Shown piece by piece: positions 55,038 to 64,000 of a DNA stretch of 64,000 nucleotides; positions within the stretch are counted from its first letter, which is position 1; the number at the start of each line of letters is the position of its first letter. The stretch is from Eledone cirrhosa. Taxonomy: Eukaryota. Location of the stretch: positions 4,526,001-4,590,000 of the forward strand of contig OZ024749.1 in assembly GCA_964016885.1 (NCBI GenBank), given 5' to 3'. The notes below the pieces were generated by a model. It was given only the letters and a program-made list of their open reading frames with translations, was not told the origin of the DNA and did not search any database. A program made the position numbers and the translations under genes.

Positions 55038-57643
55038 TGAAAGAATGAAGTGTAACATGGTTGGCTGTACAACAAGGAGCTTTATTTCAGGTATTGACAA
55101 TTGTTACATTGATCAGGTGACTCTAGAAGTCGCTAATCGCTCGAGGTTGCGTCACTCTATCTCCATTACTTTATTTACCTCTGACCAACTCTTCAGAATA
55201 CGAAATTAATTCGCTCAAGGCAAGTAATATAAAGAGAAATAGCGTACACTCAAAACAATAACACCAATAATAAAATATATATGATAAATAGGTAGAGAAG
55301 TTACAGATGTAAAAAGTAAAAGGTAAGAAAAAGGTAAGAAAAAATACAGTAAAAAAGTAAGAAAAATATAAAGAAATAAAGATAAGTGAGAGCATGTAAG
55401 TACAGACTATGATAGTGGTGGTTGTGAGTAAGTGTACGTATAAGGATTCTGTGGTGGGTTTAGTGCTAACATGAAAAGTCATATTCGAAACATAAATAGA
55501 TACGTGTAGAGAGTCTGATGTAGAGACAGATAAAAGAAAAAGCAATAAATTAGAGGTTAATTGGGAGATACTAGTTGGAGATTTAAGGGCTAAAGTTCGA
55601 TCGTGAAGGGAGGTTTGACAAATGTGTGTGGTAAATGTCTTAGTTGATGCTGTTTCAGGGAGAGAAGGTGAAAGAGATGTTAAGAGATGTATGATCTAGT
55701 GACCAGTTGGCCGTTTGACAGCTAATAGCGGTGTGTATTCCATACGTTAAGATACAGGCGGTTCAATGTAATTTTGGGATTGCTGGCTGAATCACGGTGG
55801 TTTGAAATTTGAAAACTAGGTAGCTATTTTAGGCCTACAGAAAATTGATCTTTCTATTTTGCTGTTAAGTAGCATCTTATCGTAGCTTAAAATATGGAAT
55901 AGCTCCATATTACAAAGTCAGCAGTGGGACATTCCAGTGTTGTAGGCCGTTGCTAACGATAATTTTGACCAGCTAATCCCATATTCCTGGTTTGTGCTTT
56001 TAAATGCAAGATTCTATTGGCGAGCGTCGTAGAGTTCTCCAGTCTACGGTTCTCCACGGAATGTCTGTGGACTTACCTCCTTTTCTTGAACTCCCCAGCC
56101 GTGGAACCTATGTAGGGCCAAGTATATTTGCCTGAATTTACAATACACAGGTGCACCATACTCGAATCTAGGCATTTATTTTGCAGTGGGCACTTATCCG
56201 GTAGGTGGCAATTAGAGATGGAGGTTTTTCTGTGTGCAGGTTCTCCGTTGCGGTTTTGTATGTTGTTGTGGGTTGGTTGAGATTTAGGCTTATTAGTGTT
56301 TTGTTGTGATACGCTCTGATGTGTTTGTGGTTGCGATGATGTTATGTTTGCGTTTTGTATTTGGTGCTATGGTGTATGTTGGTAGGTTATTTTCTTTACA
56401 TATATTTTTGTGGTTGATTTTACGTAAGTGTGATTATATGTTGCTGCAGTAGAGTAAGATAGTTTTATAGTTTGTCTACTAAAGATTCTATGGTATTTGT
56501 GTTGTTTAGGGAAGTGTTTGTCTATTAGCTTAAATAATGTAGAAGGTAATTTGGTTTGTATAGAGGAGTTGCATATTGGATTGAACCATAGGTATTTTCT
56601 ATTTCTGAATCTTCTATAGTTCTTAGGGGTCCTTATATTAGTGTTCGGTTCAGTTGTTTTTGGTGCTCGTTGTCTAATTCTATGCTTAGTCCTATGTTTG
56701 TTATTTCTATAGGTGTGGGTAGTGTAGTTATCGTTAGATTTGTTGCTGTTGTCACTCTCTGGTATGTATTCCAGTCCCTCTTAATGTCTTGCCTTATGTA
56801 AAGCTATGTTTGCGTGTTCGTTAAAAATTTCTAGGTTCGAAGTTAGGGGGGATATTTTGAGGGATATAATATGTGCTATGAAGTTAATTATGGATCATGG
56901 GTGGTTTGAGTTATAACTAATGTAGGCTAGATTCTCGTTATTTTTATGGAAGGGCTCTATTAATCCTGTGTTTAGGTTGAGTGATACATCTAAGAAGTTT
57001 GCTTTTTTAGAGTTAAGTTCGAAAGTGATACATAGGCCTAGTTTGTTTGAGAAGACGCTGATGTTTTTGTTTTAATTTTTCCATGTTTTGATTATTCAAG
57101 TTTTTGACTAGAAGGAGTGTATCACCTCTATAAATTCCTCCCTGGAGTTTATTGAATTCCTTATGTAAGTTGTGCGCTATATATATTCCCACCAATTCCG
57201 TTACCTGCGCTGAGTCGTTAGATCCCATTGTGATATCGAAGCTATTCTCTCTGTTTTTTCGTTCCCAGTAACTCTTTTCAAATCTAATGATAGTTCTCCT
57301 AGCAACTAGTATTATTTTAATTTCGTCCGAGGTAAGGTCCGAATTTTGGGGCGCCAAGGTTAACGCTTTAACTAGGGTGATTGTGGGTATAGATGAGTAG
57401 TAGTCATTAATGTCGAACTGTATGAAGTTGGATGTTTCTCTACTGTCTATTTTGGTGCACCAGTCTATTGCTTCGTTAGTGTTACCCCATAGCTTAATTA
57501 CTAGTTTGTCCTTGATTTGTGCGATTACGCTATCTAGTATATACTTGCTAATTCTACCTATATCCGACTTCGATGGCCATATTAATCTAATTGCGGGGTC
57601 TATTTCGAAATTATTTTTGTGATCCTTTAGGTTAAATGTGGGG

Positions 57644-57645
<2 letters not shown>
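55035..57645 (-). mobile_element. Decayed 5'-truncated Naiad-type PLE
   Basis: LKDHKNNF, FDITMGSNDSAQVTELVG..GGIYRGD (57013-57357), NCHLPDKCPLQNKCL, YIGST, C*LCNMEL; (TA)n flanks. Confidence 0.88.
55091..55201 (-). ncRNA. Hammerhead-like motif in PLE 3' UTR (GTAA in place of GAAA)
   Basis: gtatt-CTGAAGA-gttggtcag...ctgatcaat-GTAA-caattg-TC-aatac. Confidence 0.65.
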
Positions 57646-57703
<58 letters not shown>

Positions 57704-57793
57704 CGAATTTAAATTCCGAAAGCCAAACAATGCGTTAGGGAGAACATTAGATCGCCAAGATGACAAGATAATCTTACCTTATCAAATTTAACG

Positions 57794-57880
<87 letters not shown>

Positions 57881-58199
57881 ATATACTGTCTGAGAAATCT
57901 ACAAAGCACATAATACCTAGGAAAAATGAGGACTTCAGAAATTGAATTATTGATGGTCTGTAGACATGTCCATTAAGCTTTTCTACTGAGAAACACAAAT
58001 TTCTTACATAATATATATATATTCTAATATCAGTATATAACTGCTCCATATACTTTAGTTCTACAGCTGCTCACACTGTCACTACTATTTCATACATCTT
58101 TCTAGCGGAAATGACGTCCAGTTTTCTGTTGAAATAGATCATGATACTAGAGACATAACATCCTTCAAGGATTTTAGAACAGATGAAGGTCAACATGTG

Positions 58200-58320
58200 A
58201 AGGCGTATGGCTGTGTGGTTAGAGAATTGGATTCACAATCTTGAGGTTGTGAGTTCGATTCCTTGACCGGCCGATGCGTTATCTCCTTGAGCAAGACACT
58301 TTATTTCATGTTGCTCCTTC
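58200..58320 (+). mobile_element. Second tRNA-derived SINE family, partial
   Basis: TGGCTGTGTGGTTAG A box, GAGTTCGATTCC B box, then ccttgagcaagacactt. Confidence 0.7.
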
Positions 58321-58849
58321 TAACTGGAGTTGCTACCGATAGATATTACTAGCAAAGGGAAAGATCAACGAAAACATGGTTTCCTCGGTCCGATTTGACG
58401 AAAGTCGATGGATCCTTTCCTTTTTCCTTAAGGCCAACATCTTAGAAAACAGCAGAGAGAAAGAGCATTAAAAAAGACCCACACTAATGTAATAAATTCG
58501 TAATATGATCGGCTTGTCTCGCCACAGCCCCGGCAGACAGAATGGAGCAGGCGTTTCCCCGGAGGAAGGCAAGGGAGACGTGCTGGAAAAGCCACTCCAA
58601 CTCACAGATATTGTTATATTTTGGGAAGACCATGCTGCCAAGGAAAAGTTTGGTTTCACTTGAGGTTTTCATTAACTAATCCATTGTTGTAACAATTGAG
58701 TAACCGTGTGTTTGGTTAATTGCCATCTTTAGTTATCAAAGATCATTGATGAAACAACACGTGACCATCTCAATCACTCTCCTGACTCTTCACTGTCTCC
58801 AATTCATTCTGTTCTTCTTCAATTCATTCCAGTTTGACAATTACGCAGA

Positions 58850-59992
58850 TGAGTAGTAGTGGTGGTGGTGGTGGTGGTGGTGGTGGTGTTAGTAGTAGTA
58901 GTATCAGCAGATGTAACAACCGTAGTATTAGTAGTAGATATCAGCAGCGGTGGTGGTGGTGCACGTAGTAGTAGCAGTGGTGGTGGTGGTGCAGGTAGTA
59001 GTTGCAGTAGTAGCAGTGGTGATGTTGTAGCAAGTAGTAGTGGTGCTGGTGCAGATAGTAGCAGTAGTGGTGATGGTGCAGATAGTAGGAGCAGTGGTGG
59101 TGGTGGTAGTATTAGTAGTGGTGGTGTTGCAGATAGTGGTGGTGGTGGTGGTGTAGATAGTAGTAGTATTGGAGGTGGTGGTGGGGCAGATAGTAGCAGT
59201 AGTGGTGGTGGTGGTCCAGGTAGTACTAGTAGTGGTGCTGCAGGTAGTAGTAGCGGTGGTGGTGGTGCAGATAGTAGTAATAGATGTAGTAGTGGTGGTG
59301 GTGGTGCAGATAGTAGCAGTTGTAGTGGTGGTGTTGGTGGTGATGATGGTGATGACACTAGTGATGTTGGAGATGACAATGATGACGATGGTGATGATGA
59401 TTATGAAGGTGGTGTTGGTGTGATAGTTGTGATGACGATGATGATAGTTGTGACAATGATGGTGGTGGTAGTGGTGGTGACGGTGGTGGTAGTGTAGTGG
59501 TGGTGTCGGTGGTAGTGGTGGTGTCGGTGGTGGTGTCAGTGGTGGTGTCGGTGGTAGTGGTGGTGTCGGTGGTGGTGTCATGGTAGTGGTGGTGGTAGTG
59601 GTAGTGTATGTGGTAGTGGTGGTGTCGGTGGTAGTGTCGGTGTCGGTGGTAGTGGTGGTGTCAGTGGTAGTGGTGGTGTCAGTGGTAGTGGTGTCAGTGG
59701 TAGTGGTGGTGTCGGTGGTAGTCTCGGTGTCGGTGGTAGTGGTGGTGTCAGTGGTAGTGGTGTCAGTGGTAGTGGTGGTGTCGGTGGTAGTGTGGTACTG
59801 GTGGTGTCGGTGGTAGTGTGGTAGTGGTGGTGTCGGTGGTAGTGTGGTAGTGGTAGTGTGGTAGTGGTGGTGTCGGTGGTAGTGGCAGTTTCAGTAGTAG
59901 TGGTGGTGTCGGTGGTAGTGTGGTAGTGGTGGTGTCGGTGGTAGTGGTAGTTTCAGTAGTAGTGGTGGTGTCGGTGGTAGTGGCGGTGTCGG
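58850..59992. repeat. (GGT/AGT)n trinucleotide-derived minisatellite
   Basis: GCAGAT-AGT-GGT units, then GTGTCGGTGGTA units; long ORFs in many frames are artefacts. Confidence 0.9.
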
Positions 59993-60114
59993 TACAACAT
60001 TTATAGTGAAGTGCTAATGTATCCATTAATCAATTGATCTAACCTATCAAAGTAATGTTCAAATGCTCAATGTAATAAATAAAAGCATATTATGGCAAGT
60101 TTAGAAAGAAACCG

Positions 60115-60490
60115 CCTCACACACACACACACACACACTCATACACACACATACCCCCCCCACACACACACATACACACATAGTCATACACATACAGACA
60201 CACAACTAATAAACGCAAAGAAACACACGGATATGCAAGCATTAGTCACACATATACACATTTACTATCGGGAACACAGATATGGCAATCATACACATAC
60301 ATACACACCGGTATAGCTAACACACACGTTAAACTCACGGAGATGTCACCATTAGTAAACACATAATACACATATACCATCATTCACATACACACTCACA
60401 CTCAGACACAGACACACACACACACACACATACACGCGCACACGCGCACACACTCACACCACACTCACACCACACACACACACATGCACA
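60115..60490. repeat. (CA)n-rich region
   Basis: Direct inspection. Confidence 0.85.
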
Positions 60491-60979
60491 TGGAACTATG
60501 ATATGAGTAACACTTATAGTGAATCTGTTAATATGGAAGAAAGGCTTGCAACTCAGTTTTAAAATGAGATATCCTTTGAGAATTTCTATTAGCTATTAAG
60601 GTGTGCCAAGCATATTTCAGAGAGGATAATATTTTGAGCTTCAATTCCCATGACTGTTCTTCACATCTGCTGCATAAAAGTATTGAATCAGTTTCTGTGA
60701 AATTCATGCGTGTTAGTGAAACATGTTAGAATACAATATGTGTAATAATAATAGTAACATCGTCATAATATGTTACTCATAGTCCCCATATCATCACAAT
60801 CTTATACTGATAAACCCTATAACATCATCACAATATTGTTGGCATAACCTCCATAACTTTACAATTGTGAACTGATAGTCTGAACTATAATAAAGAAAGA
60901 AGTGCGGGTCTGCGTCAAGAATTTTTTTTTTTTTTTCACCCCGTTTGTAAAATAAGTTGGATTAATTTGAATAAATAAT

Positions 60980-61163
60980 TGTTTCTACTTTTAGCACAAT
61001 GCCAGCAAATCCACCAGTGCATTACTGCTACTTTATTTTAAACCGCCGTAAGGATGAAAGGTAAAGTTAACCTCGGCAGAATTTGAACTCAGAATGGCAA
61101 GGGCCGTAACTATGCATCAAAGCATGTCGTCCGACCATCTACCGATACCGCCAAGCCACCGCC
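60980..61163 (-). mobile_element. tRNA-derived SINE with 19-bp TSD
   Basis: attaatttgaataaataat at 60961 and 61164. Confidence 0.88.
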
Positions 61164-61799
61164 ATTAATTTGAATAAATAATGAATGAATATTACATTAT
61201 TTATGTGCTAAATTTCGTGACTGTTGATTAAATATATTTTATAGCTTATTTAATGATTCACTTCCTTAACAGTTTCAAATGTCCACACTTCCGGTTAGCG
61301 GCCGTTATATTATAACACTTATAAAAATATCGCATATATTTCCGTCGCTAATTTTCTAATGCAGTTAATATATAATATTGTCTTTTTTTAATATATCATG
61401 AATTATATTACTGATTACATAAGACAGTGTAATACAGTATTCGTTCAATTTCTGTGGATATTGTGAATTACGATTTTATTTGATGTATCATATCTACATG
61501 CATATAAACTTGTGTATAATATCAATATGCACACTACACATGCCAGCAAAAAACAAACCGAAGGGTGGTTTTTCCGCTAGTTTCCATAATAACGTCACAA
61601 TATTTTATTCATAACCTCCTTATCTTCACAATATCATATTGATAATATCTATATCGTCGCAATAGTGTACTAATAAACACAATATTTTGTCAATGCTGAA
61701 TTAATAAGTTCGATATATTCAGGACACTCCACACTTGTGTTGGCTTCTATGTGCTATGTCCCACCAAAAACAACATTGTGTCCCATTTTTTTCACCTGT

Positions 61800-62180
61800 C
61801 ACTATTGGCAAATAGAAGCGGCTGAAATGGGATTCCTCCGAAGTGTCTTTGGAGTAATCGATAAAGTGCGTAAGTCGGACATCAGAGAGTCACTCCAGGT
61901 AGAGCCACTTCTTCTTCGATTTGAGAGATCACAGCTCCGATACTATGGACATGAGGTTAGAATGTCTCAGGAAAGAGTTGTTGGACCAAGCGGCAAGAGG
62001 CCCAGGAGTTAACCCTGTGCAAGATGGCTGGAAAACATCCATGAGCTTGGCTAGTGACGATTTGGGACCCAGCCGGATCAGTTGAAGATAGTTGCTTCTG
62101 ACAGAAAGCACTGGAAGTAGTTTTTGAGGACTTTGACCCCACGATTCTCTCAAGAATAAGTGGGCGAAGAAGAAAACTCT
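61800..62180 (+). mobile_element. RTE-clade LINE 3' fragment
   Basis: IEAAEMGFLR..DKVRKSDIRESLQVEPLLLRFERSQLRYYGHEVRM..GKRPRS..RW. Confidence 0.8.
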
Positions 62181-62399
62181 AGGAAGATGGCGGGGGCGTT
62201 GACTTCTATGTATCGCCAAAATACTAATTCTATGCTATGGTGTCTGTTGGTTGCTATTACTTGCCAAGGGGCTGCCATGCTTCTCATGTCTTTCTTAGAT
62301 ACTCTCTCTCCCTCTCTGTTTACTCTTCCTACAGATTCATCATCTCTCTACCCACTACCTCCTTTCTCTCTCTACTCAAACGATATTATTTCGATTGCC

Positions 62400-62600
62400 T
62401 GTATCTGTAGAACATCGGATAACATGCTACTGACATGGAGTTACATCCCTTTACGTTCTGAGGTCAAAACCCACTGATGTTAACTTCGCCATTCATCTTT
62501 ACGGGGTCGATAAAATAAGTATCAGTAATGCAGTGGGGTCGATATAATCGGCTCTCCGTTGCCCTTCAAATTTCTGGTATGTACTTATACTAGATATATA
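62400..62600 (+). mobile_element. tRNA-derived SINE, diverged
   Basis: Family match. Confidence 0.75.
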
Positions 62601-62976
62601 TTATTGGTAAAGCTGAAAGAGTGGAAGTGTCGAGATTTTAGGTGTTCAGTTAACACATGAACAAAGCAACACAAAAAGCACGCGGTTTAACACACCTAAA
62701 TTCACACCAAAATATACTAAATAAAAATATATGTTACAGCAGACTTATTTATCTTATCAAGTCACGATATATCTCCACCATCTTGTTTCTTCAGATTTTA
62801 TATATTTTACGTAAAGTTTCAGTTGTAACATAAGGTTTTGTAACTTTTACAAGTTTCATATTTGTCTTTTCGTTAAAATATTGTCTTGATTAAATGGCAT
62901 TTTACCAAATACATCATCAGAGATATGGTGTCTCTTCTGTATAAGTCTGGAGGCATATTGAAATGTATGTGTATAC

Positions 62977-63022
<46 letters not shown>

Positions 63023-63129
63023 GTGAAGGTATATATATACACACACTATACATATATATATGAGAGAAAGAGAGAGCGAGAAGTGAGAATAGGTAGATAT
63101 ATATTTACTCATATGTGTATGTATATGTA

Positions 63130-63154
63130 TGTTATAATAGATATCTGTATCAAC

Positions 63155-63189
<35 letters not shown>

Positions 63190-63479
63190 CATGCGTCTCA
63201 GTCTTCGTGAGTGTAACTATGTGTGTATGTATATATATATATGTATACATGTATATATATATGTATACATGTATATATATATATGTATACATGTATGTAT
63301 ATATGTATGTATATATGTATATATATATATATGTATATATATGTATATATATATATATATATATGGATATATGTGTGTATATATATATATATATGCATAT
63401 ATGTATATATATTTGTATATATATATATATGGATATATGTATATATATTTGTATATATATATATATGGATATATGTATA

Positions 63480-63526
<47 letters not shown>

Positions 63527-63566
63527 ATATATGGATATATGTATATATGGATATATGGATATATGG

Positions 63567-63606
<40 letters not shown>

Positions 63607-63617
63607 GGATATATGGA

Positions 63618-63656
<39 letters not shown>

Positions 63657-63715
63657 GGATATATGGATATATATATATATATATATGGATATATGGATAT
63701 ATGTATATATATATA

Positions 63716-63778
<63 letters not shown>

Positions 63779-63849
63779 GTGTGTATATATATATATGTGT
63801 ATATATATATGTATATATATATATGTGTATATATATATATGTGTATATA

Positions 63850-63888
<39 letters not shown>

Positions 63889-63893
63889 ATATA

Positions 63894-63934
<41 letters not shown>

Positions 63935-64000
63935 ATATATATATATATATATGTGTATATATATATATTTTTGTGTATATATATATATTTATATGTGTAT
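63130..64000. repeat. (TA)n microsatellite with TG/TGGA variants
   Basis: Direct inspection. Confidence 0.93.

Noticed and set aside
55915-55925. In-frame TGA in a Naiad GIY-YIG (C*LC); some Naiads encode selenoproteins
   Set aside because: The TGA is at the variable position, not a conserved Cys, and fits CGA>TGA decay; the intact copy has normal Cys codons and its stop is TAG
58819-60026. Gly/Ser-, Pro- or Thr-rich ORFs
   Set aside because: Trinucleotide repeat, no splice or domain evidence

Overview
AT-rich animal non-coding DNA with no recognisable host gene. The SINE repertoire and very long (TA)n tracts suggest an octopod/coleoid cephalopod (inference from memory, not a database result). 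The first ~31 kb is a (TA)n/(TATG)n microsatellite field holding a near-full-length RTE LINE, a near-intact Naiad-type Penelope-like element (PLE; RT + GIY-YIG, with hammerhead ribozymes in both pseudo-LTRs), an R4-clade RLE LINE and a Tc1/mariner end. The rest holds decayed Naiad PLEs, LINE 3' ends, many tRNA-derived SINEs, MITEs and a non-autonomous Helitron. The main unannotated signal is a set of type I hammerhead ribozymes (HHRs) read by eye. Besides the PLE-linked ones, two unrelated small non-coding families (~533-nt and ~315-nt units) occur as circularly permuted tandem and head-to-head inverted copies with fixed 3' ends. They look like non-autonomous retrozymes, plausibly mobilised by the neighbouring PLEs. 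All RNA structures were paired by hand, and element boundaries are approximate.
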